Shown: piece after piece, positions 15,101 through 30,732 of the stretch | Numbering within the stretch: the stretch's first letter is position 1 | Layout: each line of letters starts with the position of its first letter | Assembly (NCBI GenBank): GCA_964016885.1 | Contig: OZ024747.1 | Location: 11,904,001-11,968,000 of the forward strand | Direction of reading: 5' to 3' | Source: Eledone cirrhosa | Taxonomy: Eukaryota | DNA: 64,000 bases | Notes under the pieces: generated by a model | Seen by the model: only the letters and a program-made list of their open reading frames with translations | Told to the model about the DNA's origin: nothing | Database searches by the model: none | Made by a program: the position numbers and the translations under genes

Positions 15101-15649
15101 TTCTACTGTAAATTTATTTATATGCTTTGTATATATCATATGTCATCATATTTTCACTCCCATTCTATTATTATATTTCTTTTTTAAACAACAGTGAATA
15201 TTTCAATAAATTTTTATATCTAATATTCTTTTTTACCTTTATATATATATTCCTGTATTCTCTTTATAATCCCCATTTTTCCCGTTCATCTTTAGTCATT
15301 TCTACCTTTTCTTACATCTTTCCTTAAATCATCAATGTATTGTTTCTCTCCACCGGATTGACCAGATGCCAACTACTTGATTGTTTAATTTTTACATTCG
15401 TTACATTAGATACTTTAAATATTGCCTGTCATTCACGACAAGAGGCCAGTTTCTAACATAGGGACTCACTACAAGTTACTATCCAGCTCTGGACCCGATC
15501 CTTAATACGAATACTGTATACACTTTGCTAGTTAGATTTTTCTTAGCATATGAACTGTTGTATAGCTAGCTCTCCGATCTTCTAACTCTTAACTCTTAAC
15601 GCCTGGATTCTAGAATTTATTTTTGTGGGTGGATTTTTCGGGTTGTGAA

Positions 15650-16025
15650 ACCTTTAAAATTGTTAACCATGTTGCCAACAACAACCCTGAGTACCTTTTT
15701 GATTTCCATGTGTCTAACACACGTGGACATGCCCACAAAGTCAGAAAGCAGCACAGTTCCCATGACTTTCGGAAACATTTTTTCACGCTTAGAGTTGCTG
15801 AAGCATGGAACAAACTAGCTGCATCAGTTGTTAGCTGTCGAGACACTGCATCCTTTAAGGCCTCCATGCTTCCCGAGATCCGCCAACACTACAGCTAACA
15901 CATACACACATGTACTTCCCTGACATTTGTGTATTATTCTATGTACTATACATACACCTTTGACGAGTTGTAGTGCACCTGAGCACTTTACACAATAATT
16001 TCATTATTATTATTATTATTATTAT
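15650..16025 (+). mobile_element. CR1-clade LINE 3' end with (ATT)n tail
   Basis: NTRGHAHKVRKQ...RKHFFTLRVAEAWNKL...FK. Confidence 0.85.
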
Positions 16026-16620
16026 TTAATATTTTCTATGATAAGTTATATTAACCATAGCAGTAGGTAACTTTCTCAAGTTGGCGTTGATGGTCTGTAT
16101 ATGCCATAAACGGGTAGCGGGTACGAATGCACTAAATTCTGCTGACCACCAAAGCTAGCTGGTCTGAACTCCAACTGACCAGATAGATTGTCGGCTGAGG
16201 TGGTAGGGGACTGATAGATAGAGAGAACACATAAAGTTGGTGGTATTCTTGGTTGTAGTCGAGTGGTCAGCCACCCACACCACTGTGACTAAACAGGGCT
16301 GTTGGGATGTTCTGAAAATTAGAAGGGAGCAGACACTCAAAGCAAAAACATACACCATTTTGTTTTCACTCCGCTCCCTTCCACCCAAAATTGCCGCGGA
16401 AATGTTACCTTTTAATCAATTTTTGCTGTCTGAAGAAATCACGATATCCATCGTCATTGAAATATATATAACGGCTCAATTAATAAAGGACTCTAACATC
16501 TTCAACTTTATTAATATTCCTCTTTATTAATATACTCCGCCATCCTTGTTTTTAGGGAGTAATATGACATTGAGTGCTAGAAGTGAATTGCATCCTTATA
16601 TACCGAATGTATATAGCTCC

Positions 16621-16664
<44 letters not shown>

Positions 16665-17261
16665 GTATAAATACTTATATTTAGGTATCAGCCGTACTAA
16701 GAGTGAGAAATGAAATTTCGTTTCATTCTTTTCCATTTATCGTTTTCGGTGCGCCCGGCCGACTAACTCACTCGATATGCAAATTAGGCTGCTCAGCCGT
16801 TAATATGCATAAGGAAAGTATATACTTTCAGACGTTCAATCATCTGACAGAAAGGTATACGATGCTGACGATAGCTAATAAGCTTGAAACTAGTACATCG
16901 TTCCTGTGTCAGTGTTGAACAAAAGGGCGACGATGGTTGCCGAGCACTGTACGGCGTAATTCGGGCTGTTTGTTTACAAACAGCCCGAACATTATAATAA
17001 ATGTTCGGTAAACCCATACGTACATATATATATGTGTGCATGTATGTATATATATACATACTACTGTGCGTCTGTACACATATATGTATGTACGTATACA
17101 TACTTATATATATATATCAGTGGTACTTTATTTTATCAACCAATGGGTAGGAAGAGAGACATAGTTGACCATGGTGGGATTAGAACTTAGGTGGTCAAGA
17201 GTTAGAATACCACAAAGGTTTCTGTCCACTAGCTCTAACTATACTGCCAACCCACTGTCAT

Positions 17262-19283
17262 AACACCATTACCATCATCTCCACCACTACCATCATACAC
17301 ATACCTCTACCACCACTACCACCACTACAACACACACCGCTATTAGTACTGCCACCATCATCACCACCACAACCACCACTACAACACACACTGCTATTAC
17401 TACTACTACCATCACCACCACCACACATACTACCACCACTACCATCATACACATACCTCTACCAGCATAACCACCACTACAACACACACCGCTATTACTA
17501 CCACCACCACCACCACCATCATTACTAACACCACCGCCACCACCATCACCACCACTACAACACACACCGCTACTACCACCATCATCACCACCACACATAC
17601 TACCACCACTACCATCATACACATACCTCCATCACCACCACAAGACATACCACTATTACTACCCCCACCATCACCACCACCATCATCATTACTACACCAC
17701 CACCATCACCAACATCATTACTACCACCGCATCACCACCACCATCGTCATTACTACCACCACCACCATAACACACACCACTATTACTACCCCCATCATCA
17801 TCATTACTACCACCACCATAACACACACCACTATTACTACCCCCCCCCCCCCATCATCATCATTACTACCACCACCATAACACACACCACTATTACTACC
17901 CCCCATCATCATCATTACTACCACCACCATAACACACACCACTATTACTACCCCCCATCATCATCATTACTACCACCACCATAACACACACCACTATTAC
18001 TACCCCCCATCATCATCATTACTACCACCACCATAACACACACCACTATTACTACCCCCCATCATCATCATTACTACCACCACCATAACACACACCACTA
18101 TTACTACCCCCCCCCATCATCATCATTACTACCACCACCATAACACACACCACTATTACTACCCCCCATCATCATCATTACTACCACCACCATAACACAC
18201 ACCACTATTACTACCCCCCATCATCATCATTACTACCACCACCATAACACACACCACTATTACTACCCCCCCCCCCCCCCATCATCATCATTACTACCAC
18301 CACCATAACACACACCACTATTACTACCCCCCCCCATCATCATCATTACTACCACCACCATAACACACACCACTATTACTACCCCCCCCCCCATCATCAT
18401 CATTACTACCACCACCATAACACACACCACTATTACTACCCCCCCCCATCATCATCATTACTACCACCACCATAACACACACCACTATTACTACCCCCCA
18501 TCATCATCATTACTACCACCACCATAACACACACCACTATTACTACCCCCCCCCCATCATCATCATTACTACCACCACCATAACACACACTACTATTACT
18601 ACCCCCACCACCACCACCACCATCACCAATAGCCACAGTAACTATCGTCTCTGCAGATACACCACCGCCACCGCCATCGTCACCAATAGTTGTGGAATAA
18701 TTATCAACAGTGGCAGACTCCCCGCCATCACCATTACAGTCATCCCCACCACCACCATCACCATCGCTACTACCACCACCATCACTACTACCAACACCAC
18801 CACCACTACCATCACTACTACTATCACCACCATTACTACCACCACTACCACTACTACTACTACTACTACCACCACCATACCACTATTACCACTGCTACTG
18901 CCATCACCACCACCACCACCACCACCATCACCATCACTACCACCACTACTACGACCACCATCACTACCACCACCACTACCATCACTACCACCACCACTAC
19001 CATCACCATCACTACCATCACCATCACTACAACCACTACCACCCCCATCACTACCGCCACTATCACTACTACTACTACCACCATCACTACTATTACCACT
19101 ACGACCACTACCACCCCCATCACTACCGCCACTACTACCACCATCACTACCACTACCACTACCACCACTACCATCACTACCGTCACTACCACCACTACTA
19201 CTACCACCATCACTACTATTACCACTACCACCACCATCACTACTACGACCACTACCACCACTACTACTACCACCACCACCATC
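17262..19283. repeat. (ACC/ACT/CAT) low-complexity block including a ~51-60-bp minisatellite (17750-18610)
   Basis: Unit cataacacacaccactattactac(c)n atcatcatcattactaccaccac, about 16 copies. Confidence 0.9.
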
Positions 19284-19611
19284 AGAAGGCAGGGAGAGAA
19301 AAAGAATCTGTCAGCCAACACAGCAATACTGATGGCTGCTGGAAGTCTGTAGACTCAGAAACCATTCCACTCTTGAGACTGTCTCCTCTTCCTTTTCTTT
19401 GACTCACATCACACACACATGTAAACACTGACAGATACACACATGCATATATACATACACGTAAACACTGACAGACACACACTCACATGCATATATACAT
19501 ATATGTAGACACTCACAGACACATACATACACAGTGACAAACGGATTCCTTTACACGTTCCCCGCCTTTCATACAGCCTACACACACATAAACATATATA
19601 CATACATACAT

Positions 19612-19667
<56 letters not shown>

Positions 19668-20123
19668 TCACATAATATACACACAATCGTACACATATAA
19701 TATGTACACACATATACATATAATATATACATAATATATACGCACTATCACAAACATATATACATACATACATATATATATATACATAATATACACACAA
19801 TCGTACACATATAATATATACATAATATATACGCACTAACACACACATGTATACACACAATCGTACACATATAATATGTACACACATATACATATAATAT
19901 ATACATAATATATACGCACTATCACAAACATATATACATACATACATATATATATATGCATAATATACACACAATCGTACACATATAATATATACATAAT
20001 ATATACGCACTAACACACACATGTATACATACATAGATATTCTGCAGATTCAAGGAAACACATTTGCGGGGATATTATAAGACACACATGTGGATTCTAT
20101 AACAACATACAAGCCTCTTTATA

Positions 20124-20154
<31 letters not shown>

Positions 20155-20192
20155 ATATTATATATATACATATATGTATATATATATATACA

Positions 20193-20237
<45 letters not shown>

Positions 20238-20538
20238 CTACACACATGTATGTATAAACACACGTGCACTCACGCAAAGAGGCGGATCACAAAGACTCGG
20301 TAAGTTTTGACTTTTCGATAACTTCTAAGTTGTTGTTGTGACATTGTTGATGTTGTTTATTGAATATATATATATATATGTGTATATGTGTATATATATA
20401 TATACATCTGTGTGTATAGGTTGTGGATTATATATTTCATTGTTTCAGTGTGTTTGTATTTATTTATTTATTTATTTATATATATATATATATACGTGTG
20501 TGTGTATATAATATACGCGTGTCTATATATATAATATA

Positions 20539-20577
<39 letters not shown>

Positions 20578-20616
20578 GTGTGTATATATACATGTGTGTG
20601 TGTGTATATATATACA

Positions 20617-20652
<36 letters not shown>

Positions 20653-21613
20653 CATGTGTGTATAGTATATATGCGTTTTTCTAACCGCCCGAAACAGCCG
20701 CTGATTCTATGATATAAAACTGTTTACTTTAAACTTTTTATATTTATCTAAAATCCTTTCATCATAATTTTATGTAAGAACCTTTGTTAAGTTATGTTCC
20801 AAACATCAACTCAATAACGAGAAAGTTAGTTATATTACTAATTACTTCTAGATTCTTGATAATTTTCAAAAAAGATTTGAAAATAATTTGTTTAGTTCCT
20901 TTCATTAGAAATCTAGCAACGGAAGGCGTTGAAGTGTTTATATTTCTCTAAGAACCATTCGATCATGATTTTATCTAAGAACCTTTGTTAGATGTTGTCC
21001 CAAATATCCCTGGTTCCATGGTACAAAACTATTTTGATATGTTTATATTTATCTAAAAGAACTTTCCATCATAATTTTATCTAAGAACCTTTGTTCCAAA
21101 CAGCTAAGAAACAATGTGAAAGTTCGTTATATTTACTAAATATCTCTAAACTTGGTTACTTTCAAACTGATTTGAAAACAGTAGGGCAGTGTCTTTTATA
21201 AGAAATACTGTAATGAAACTGTTGATTAGAAGAAAGGAAATTCTCATAGCCTCCTTTCCAGGGTCTCTATCAGTTGTGGGAATTGGGAGACATTAAGTTG
21301 ACCCCAAACTGAATATTTTCAACAGATGCCGACCCTATTAAAGGTACCCAACGGGAAACAACACCGATGCAGCCCCTGTTGATTTGTCCAGATTCTACGC
21401 CACATCTCCCATAAATCGTACAAGACAAATTCGGGGCCAGCCTCTGTTAATCTGTCCAGATTCCACTCCACATCTCCCATAAATGGTACAAGGGACTCAG
21501 TAGTCATCAAAAGACCCCCCCCCTCCTCCCCTCTCTACGGCGGATGAACAAAAATCTGACTCAGTGGAGTGACTGCAACAAGAAAGTGGTTTTGCTCGGA
21601 TATATATATATAT

Positions 21614-21677
<64 letters not shown>

Positions 21678-21745
21678 CTGTGTGCTTCTTGCTCATAATA
21701 ATTTCTATACTTTTCATTTATATATATATAGAGAGAGAGAGAGAG

Positions 21746-22170
<425 letters not shown>

Positions 22171-22172
22171 TT

Positions 22173-22228
<56 letters not shown>

Positions 22229-22259
22229 GGAGTGTGCTTATATTATTTATATAGACGTG

Positions 22260-22585
22260 TTGAGTTCAAATCCCGCCGAGGTTAACTTTGCCATTCATCC
22301 TTACGGGGTCGATAAAATAAAGTACCAGTAATACACTGAGATAATGGCTGGCCTTGTGCCAAAAGTAGAAACAATTATTTATATAGACGTGTGGCGGTGG
22401 ATTGGCAGTATCGGTAGAGGGTCGGACGCCATGCTTTGCAGCATAGAGTTACGGCCCTTTGTGGTTTGAGTTCAAATCCCGCCAAGGTTAACTTTGCCTT
22501 TCATCCTTACGGGGTCGATAAAATAAAGTACCAGTAATACACTGAGATAATGGCTGGCCTTGTGCCTAAAGTAGAAACAATTATT
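22260..22585 (+). mobile_element. Tandem SINE family A (5'-truncated copy plus full copy)
   Basis: The flank attatttatatagacgtgt occurs three times (~22242, ~22374, ~22580). Confidence 0.85.
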
Positions 22586-22636
22586 TATATAGACGTGTTG
22601 ATGACGAGTCAATGTATGTTTTTATTTTGACATGTG

Positions 22637-22678
<42 letters not shown>

Positions 22679-23099
22679 TATACATATACACACACACACA
22701 GCAAATGCTGTGGGAATGTGCCTGTTAGAATCCTTGTAGTAGTAGTAGTTGTTGTGTCAGTTAGAATTCAAAATTTGGTCAACTGCTTCTTAACTTAATT
22801 CGATTTTCAATCAATTCTTCCTGTTTGTTTCTCTAGGTGTGTGTATCCCCTCTCTCGTGTGTGTATCCCCTCTCTCTCGTGTGTGTATCCCATCTTTCAT
22901 TGTGTGTGTTATAAAGAACTCTATGTATACACTACACATAGATATTTATATGCACACACACACACACCGTATATTTGAAGCGTATATTTGAAGCGTATAC
23001 GTTATTTTCACTTTGTGTTCTATGTCTCCCCAGCACACATCTAAACACACCACACGTTACCACCACAACACATTAACCCAAAACACGCCACACCACACG

Positions 23100-23462
23100 T
23101 CACCACTACAATACACCACCACACCATACTATACAACCACACCACTACACCATAATACACCACACCACACTACACCACATCATAATACACCACACCACAC
23201 CACCACATCATAATACACCACACCACCACACACCACACCACACCACACCACCACATCATAATACACCACACCACTACACCATAATACACTACACCACACC
23301 ATAATACACCACACCACATCGTAATACACCACACCACACCACATCATAATACACCACCACACCACACCACCACACCACCATAATACACCACACCACACCA
23401 CACCACACCACACCACACCACACCACACCATAATAGAATCACACCACACCACACCACCACAT
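23100..23462. repeat. (CACAC/CACCA)n-type low-complexity repeat
   Basis: Direct inspection. Confidence 0.85.
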
Positions 23463-23558
23463 CATCGAAACTATCCAATTTCTTTTACTTAAACCCAATT
23501 CTCTTTAATTCTAAAACTAACTGTAACTACTTCCTTCTTATTATCCCAAACTAGATAC

Positions 23559-23597
<39 letters not shown>

Positions 23598-24017
23598 CAT
23601 ATATAATACACACATTCCCTCATATGTATACACACGTTTCACCACCACCACCGCAACTTATACATCTTACACCAAGCTATATCCAACACACTGATACACA
23701 CATACTATGTCACATACCCACATACCTATACACACACATATATACATAATAGAGATACACACACACACACACATCCACACACACACATCCACATACGTAT
23801 AGATACATAATAGGCACTAACCCCCACCCACATACGTATACATACATACTAGACACATTCCCACCCACATACGTACAGAGTCACAGAGGCAGCGATCAAC
23901 AGTCAAACCAGAACACCAAAACTCTTTCATTCAAATATACAACGGTTCTTCCTAACGGAACATGTCTGTTTGGATGACTGAAGTGGCATTTATCTATCTA
24001 GAGAGATATTGGTGTAT

Positions 24018-24362
24018 ATCATCATCATCATCATCATCATCATCATACGTCCGCTTTTCCCTGCTTGCAAGGGTGGGACGGGAACTGATTCTGGCTTGAT
24101 TTCTACAGCTGGATGCCCTTCCTAACACCAACCTCATTTACAGTGAGTGCTGGGTGCTTTTTTTTTTTCCATGGCACCTCCACGACCACTTTGCAGTGGA
24201 ATGATAGGGACCCCAGTCCCTATCATCTCATTTCTACAGCTGAGTAAACTGGAGCAATGTGAAATAAAGTGTCTTGCTCAAGGAAACAACACATCACCCG
24301 GTCTGAGAATTGAACTCACAACCTTTCGATTGCAAGGCCAATGCTCTAACCACTAAGCCATG
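24018..24362 (-). mobile_element. tRNA-derived SINE family B (CORE-like centre, RTE-derived tail)
   Basis: Minus strand: A box tggcttagtgg, B box gagttcaattc, CORE-like ccttgagcaagacacttt...cagtttactcagctgtagaaatgag, tail ending (ATG)n. Confidence 0.85.
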
Positions 24363-24701
24363 TGTATGTGTGTATATATATATATATATATAGATGCGTG
24401 CGTATGTATATAGATGTATGTGTGTGTATAGATATAGATGTGGGGATATCATCATCATTTCATTTTACGTCCGGGAAAAGCGGACGTAAAATGATGATGA
24501 TGATGATATAAATTACCTGAAAATGGGTTCCAAACAAGTTTCTTCTATTAATCTTTTAACGAAGGTATTTTATCTGCAAATATAAGGACCTATAAAGATC
24601 TGCAAGGTGACACCCCAACATGATTGTAACCATCATATTTTTAACATTTACCATCCTTTTCAGAATTATTTAGAAATCTTAGGCAGTGTCATTAAATTTG
24701 G

Positions 24702-24890
24702 TGCGGTGGATTGGCAGTATCGGTAGAGGGTCGGACGCCATGCTTTCCAGCATAGTTACGTCCCTTTATGATCTGAGTTCAAATCCCGCCGAGGTTGACT
24801 TTGCCTTTCATCCTTACGGGGTAGATAAAATAAAGTACCAGTAATGCACTGGGTAATTGCTGGCCTTGTGCCTAAAGTAGAAACAATTAA
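24702..24890 (+). mobile_element. SINE family A with TSD attaaatttggtg
   Basis: Full consensus match and flanking duplication. Confidence 0.9.
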
Positions 24891-25599
24891 ATTTGGTGAT
24901 GGATTAAGTCTACAATTGAAGTAGGTCACAGCAGGATTTAAACTCTGAATGTAACCAAACCAGAACAAATGCCACCAGGCAATTCTACCAATATTCTAAC
25001 AATTCCACCAATCTATCATTCTTGGACTGACAGTTGATGCTATCAACCTTGAGAGGACTATGGTCAAAGTTGACCTCGGTGGGATTTGAACTTAGAATGC
25101 AGAGCAACAGAACAAATATCTCAAAAAATGTTGTCCTATGCTCTGACTCTGCCAATACAGTTATATTAACCCTTTTGATATCATCTGAAACAAATGTTTA
25201 TATTTATCATAGTTTTATCTAAGAACATTTGTTCTTAACATCCTGTACCACATGAAGCCACATTAGCAAAATATTCTTGAAAAGTACAAAGCATCACTAT
25301 GACTGCATCACATTGAAAATTAAAGTTTCTACTCTAATATTACTAATAATTTTTACAACAATCTGTCCTCTAGTAAAGATTCTATAAACATTTGAATTAA
25401 CAAACCCCAGTTGTATCTAATTTTACTAAATCTTTACAAGATGTAAAGATATGCTCCAAACACTATCTTAATAATGAAAAACTTATATTACTAAATCCCT
25501 AAATTTCTTGATTATTTTCTAAATTATTTAAAAATTTTAGGTAGTGTTTTCATTAGAAATATGATAAAAAAAATTTACATCATGAAATATTTGTATTGA

Positions 25600-25760
25600 C
25601 AAAGTGGTTGGTGTTAGGAAGGGGTCCAGCCATAGAAACCATGTTCTTAGTACACAATGTAATGTGGTTGGTGTTAGGAAGGACATCCAGCCATAGAAAC
25701 CATGTTCTTAGTACACAATGTAATGTGGTTGGTGTTAGGAAGGGGTCCAGCCATAGAAGC
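25600..25760. repeat. ~60-bp tandem x3 derived from SINE B / RTE tail
   Basis: gtggttggtgttaggaagg...ccagccatagaaacc repeated. Confidence 0.8.
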
Positions 25761-25937
25761 CAAGCCAAAAGAAAACAAAACATACAAATAGGACTTAGTC
25801 ACCTGACCAGTCACGCCTTAGCAAATGACAGCTGTCTAATATGCAAGCATGGAAAATAGATGTTAAACGGTGATAACAACGATTATGATGAATTTTCCAA
25901 AGCTGGCAGGCCATCAATAGTGTCTTCAGATTCTTCT

Positions 25938-26378
25938 GTTCCACAATCTCTCAGGTTGTCTACCCTATGTAATGTACAGAGTCTGTAGTTCCACAATCTC
26001 TCAGGTTGTCAACCCTATGTAATGTACAGAGTCCTTAGTTCCACAATCTCTCAGGTTGTCTACCCTATGTAATGTACAGAGTCTGTAGTTCCACAATCTC
26101 TCAGGTTGTCAACCCTATGTAATGTACAGAGTCTGTAGTTCCACAATCTCTCAGGTTGTCAACCCTATGTAATGTACAGAGTCCTTAGTTCCACAATGTC
26201 TCAGGTTGTCAACCCTATGTAATGTACAGAGTCTGTAGTTCCACAATCTCTCAGGTTGTCAACCCTATGTAATGTACAGAGTCCTTAGTTCCACAATGTC
26301 TCAGGTTGTCAACCCTATGTAATGTACAGAGTCTGTAGTTCCACAATCTCTCAGGTTGTCTACCCTATGTAATGTATA
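25938..26378. repeat. 50-bp minisatellite x~9
   Basis: ccacaatctctcaggttgtc recurs every 50 bp from 25941 to 26341. Confidence 0.95.
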
Positions 26379-26479
26379 AACATAACATGTCTAGAATTTG
26401 TGATTTTCTTTCTTCTATAACTCATTCTCTTTAAACTATAGACACGATGTCACAACACCATCGTTAAACATCACACGCA

Positions 26480-26690
26480 GCTTCTTTATTTGTAGGTGAC
26501 ATCACAGTTAGATTGTTCGGCACAGCACCCACCACACACCACCACCACCTCCACCATTTCCCCCAGACACAGCTGTAAAACAATTCCAAACCTACATGGA
26601 TGACCTAGAAACCTGGATCTAAAACAACAGATTAAAGAAGCACCTTACCAAATCTGCTGCCTCCCTTCTTACTAGCATCACATGCAACAA
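26480..26690 (+). mobile_element. Highly decayed LINE RT remnant
   Basis: FVGDITV (YADD-like) followed by QTYMDDLETWI*NNRLK. Confidence 0.4.
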
Positions 26691-26992
26691 TGCTACATGG
26701 CACTCCGTCGATTACGACGAGTGTTCCAGTTGATACGATCAACGAAACAGCCTGCTCGTGAAATTAACATGCAAGTGGCTGAGCATTCCACAAACACATG
26801 TATCCTTAATGTAGTTAGTTCTGAGGGAGATTCAGCACAACACAAGATGTGACAAGACAACAAGACTGGTCTTACAAATTACAGGTACAACTATTGCCAG
26901 CTGAGTGGACTGGAGTAACATGAAATAAAGTGTCTTGCTCAAGGACACAACACGGAACCAGAGGTTGGACTCATGACCTTACGATTGTGAGC
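26690..26992 (-). mobile_element. CORE-like SINE (related to family B)
   Basis: gtgttgtgtccttgagcaagacactttatttca..ttactccagtccactcagctggc on the minus strand. Confidence 0.7.
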
Positions 26993-26994
26993 TG

Positions 26995-27730
26995 ATATAT
27001 ACATACCATAATATACATACATGACATATACACCAGGACTTATATACATACCATAACATACATACATGACATATACATCAGGACTTATATACATACCATA
27101 ACATATATACATGACATATACACCAGGACTTATATACATACCATAACATATATACATGACATATACACCGGGACTTATATACATACCATAACATACATAC
27201 GACATATACATACATGACATATACATACATGACATATACATCAGGACTTATATACATACCATAACATACATACGACATATACACCAATACTTATATACAT
27301 ACATGACATATACATCAGGACTTATATACATACCATAAAATACATGACATATACACCAGGACTTATATACATACCATAACATATATACATGACATATACA
27401 CCAGGACTTATATACATACCATAACATATATACATGACATATACACCAGGACTTATATACATGCCATAACATATATACATGACATATGCACCAGGACTTA
27501 TATACATACCATAACATATATACATGACATATACACCAGGACTTATATACATACCATAACATATATACATGACATATACATCAGGACTTATATACATGCC
27601 ATAACATATATACATGACATATGCACCAGGACTTATATACATACCATAACATATATACATGACATATACATCAGGACTTATATACATACCATAACATATA
27701 TACATGATATATACATCAGGACTTATATAC
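26995..27730. repeat. 46-bp minisatellite x~16
   Basis: catgacatatacaccaggacttatatacataccataac unit. Confidence 0.93.
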
Positions 27731-27862
27731 CACAATATATATATATATATACCACAACAAACATACCATGACATATATAGACACGGCATATATATACAAA
27801 ACAAAATACTAAAGATTACATACAACACCTCTACAACATTCACAACACACAGGTGTTACACT

Positions 27863-28345
27863 CACAACACCTTCACATGTCATATATACCAGGATTTACA
27901 TACACAACACCTTCACATGTCATATATACCAGGATTTACATACACAACACCTTCACATGACATATATACCAGGATTTACATACACAACACCTTCACATGT
28001 CATATATACTAGGATTTACATACACAACACCTTCACATGTCATATATACTAGGATTTACATACACAACACCTTCACATGTCATATATACCAGGATTTACA
28101 TACACAACACCTTTACATGACATATATACCAGGATTTACATACACAACACCTTCACATGACATATATACCAGGATTTACATACACAACACCTTCACATGA
28201 CATATATACCAGGATTTACATACACACCACCTTCACATGTCATATATACCAGGATTTACATACACAACACCTTCACATGACATATATACCAGGATTTACA
28301 TACACAACACCTTCACATGTCATATATACCAGGATTTACATACAT
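27863..28345. repeat. 40-bp minisatellite x12
   Basis: cacaacaccttcacatgtcatatataccaggatttacata unit. Confidence 0.95.
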
Positions 28346-28804
28346 CATCTTATCATTCACAACATATCAAAGAAAACAAATCTTTGAACAAACATATTTA
28401 ACCCTTTTAATACTGACCCAAGCAAAACCACCACTAGTTTTATGAAACAAACCCCTATTTTAAAAGGCTTGTATTTAACCCTTTTATTACCAACCCAGCA
28501 ACAATCATCACTGGTTCTATGAAATAAAGCCATCACCATATTGCAGTTTTGGTGGTCTTATTGGTGACATATAATCTGGTACTTTGTCAAACTCGTGAAG
28601 ACTAGGTTTATATAGAGGCAGCCTTTATTCACCTTATCATAGCTACATCAGTAGGTTGTGAGAGTTTTTTTTGGGGGAGCTACTGGTGTCACTCATTGCG
28701 CCATCTCCCCTAGTAGTTTACCACTGTTGGTCCAGGGTTGCTTATTTGTCCGGCATTTGCTTGCTTATATCACAACTAACCATCATATCTGGTGGCTGTA
28801 TTGC

Positions 28805-29665
28805 TAGGGGCTGTACCTATCTATAGGGGCTGTATCTATTGGAGCTGATCTATCTGTAGGGGCTGTATCTGTAGGAGCTGTATCTATCTATAGGGGCTGT
28901 ATCTATCTATAGGGACTGTATCTATTGGAGCTGATCTATCTATAGGGGCTGTATCTGTAGGAGCTGTATCTATCTATAGGGGCTGTATCTATTGGAGCTG
29001 ATCTATCTATAGGTGTTGTATCTGTAGGAGCTGTATCTATGTATAGGGGCTGTATCTGTAGGAGCTGTATCTATCTATAGGGGCTGTATCTATTGGAGCT
29101 GATCTATCTATAGGTGTTGTATCTGTAGGAGCTGTATCTATGTATAGGGGCTGTATCTATTGGAGCTGATCTATCTATAGGTGTTGTATCTGTAGGAGCT
29201 GTATCTATCTATAGGGGCTGTATCTATTGGAGCTGTATCTATGTATAGGGGCTGTATCTATTGGAGCTGATCTATCTATAGGTGTTGTATCTGTAGGAGC
29301 TGTATCTATGTATAGGGGCTGTATCTGTAGGAGCTGTATCTATGTATAGGGGCTGTATCTATTGGAGCTGATCTATCTATAGGTGTTGTATCTGTAGGAG
29401 CTGTATCTATCTATAGGGGCTGTATCTATTGGAGCTGATCTATCTATAGGTGTTGTATCTGTAGGAGCTGTATCTATCTGTAGGAGCTGTATCTGTAGGA
29501 GCTGTATCTATCTATAGGGGCTGTATCTGTAGGGGCTGTATCTATCTGTAGGAGCTGTATCTATCTGTAGGAGCTGTATCTGTAGGGGCTGTATCTATCT
29601 ATAGGGGCTGTATCTGTAGGGGCTGTATCTATTGGAGCTGATCTATCTATAGGTGTTGTATCTGT
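28805..29665. repeat. Compound 16/20-bp minisatellite (ctgtatctatctatagggg variants)
   Basis: Direct inspection. Confidence 0.92.
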
Positions 29666-30003
29666 TGCGACTTGCAATCATATATCAGTGTTCATTCTTC
29701 AATGACCTATACATGGAAGTAACACCCATATAACTGTAACAACTCACACTACCACCACCACAGCCATATTATCAACTTGATACCACCACCATATCATCAC
29801 CATGACACCACCACCACCATATCATCACCATGACACCGCCTCCACCACCTATTCATTAATGTTATCTTCCTTTCATATCCTCCTACATAGTTATCTCTAA
29901 AACTATATAAAATTATTCTCTCTATCCAGTCTCTCTCTCTCTCTCTCTCTCTCCATATATATATATATACACACACACATATATATATATACACACACAC
30001 ACT

Positions 30004-30065
<62 letters not shown>

Positions 30066-30080
30066 CACACACACATACAC

Positions 30081-30112
<32 letters not shown>

Positions 30113-30116
30113 ACAT

Positions 30117-30444
30117 ATCATCATCATCATTTCAATTAACGTCCACTTTTCCCTGCTTGCAAGGGTGGGATGGGAACTGATTCTGGCATGATTTCTACAG
30201 CTGGATGCCCTTCCTAACACCAACCTCATTTACAGTGAGTGCTGGGTGCTTTTTTGCCATGGCACCTCCACGTCCACTTTGCAGTGGAATGATATGGACC
30301 CCAGTCCCTATCATCTCATTTCTACAGCTGAGTAAACTGGAGCAATGTGAAATAAAGTGTCTTGCTCAAGGAAACAACACATCACCCGGTCTGAGAATTG
30401 AACTCACAACCTTTCGATTGCAAGGCCAATGCTCTAACCATTAA

Positions 30445-30449
<5 letters not shown>
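30117..30449 (-). mobile_element. SINE family B full copy
   Basis: Nearly identical to 24018-24362. Confidence 0.88.
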
Positions 30450-30536
<87 letters not shown>

Positions 30537-30732
30537 ATCGATAACAAGTTATCATTTATAGGTAATCCAGTTAAAGGTTGTGAATACTCCGTATTATGGA
30601 TAGTTTTAGCGTACGGCGTACCTTTTTGTACTGTTGACCATGTTATTCTTCACTCTTTCACTATATACACATATATATGTAATGGTAAATATTGTATGAC
30701 TTGTGTAACACTAATGCAACTGTTGCACATAC

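Noticed and set aside
24290-24362. tRNA gene
   Set aside because: A/B boxes continue into a SINE body repeated elsewhere; it is a tRNA-derived SINE head.
24517-24573. Possible minus-strand exon (ttgcag acceptor, CAG/gtaatt donor)
   Set aside because: Stops in all three frames and no supporting neighbouring exons; cannot be supported without RNA data.
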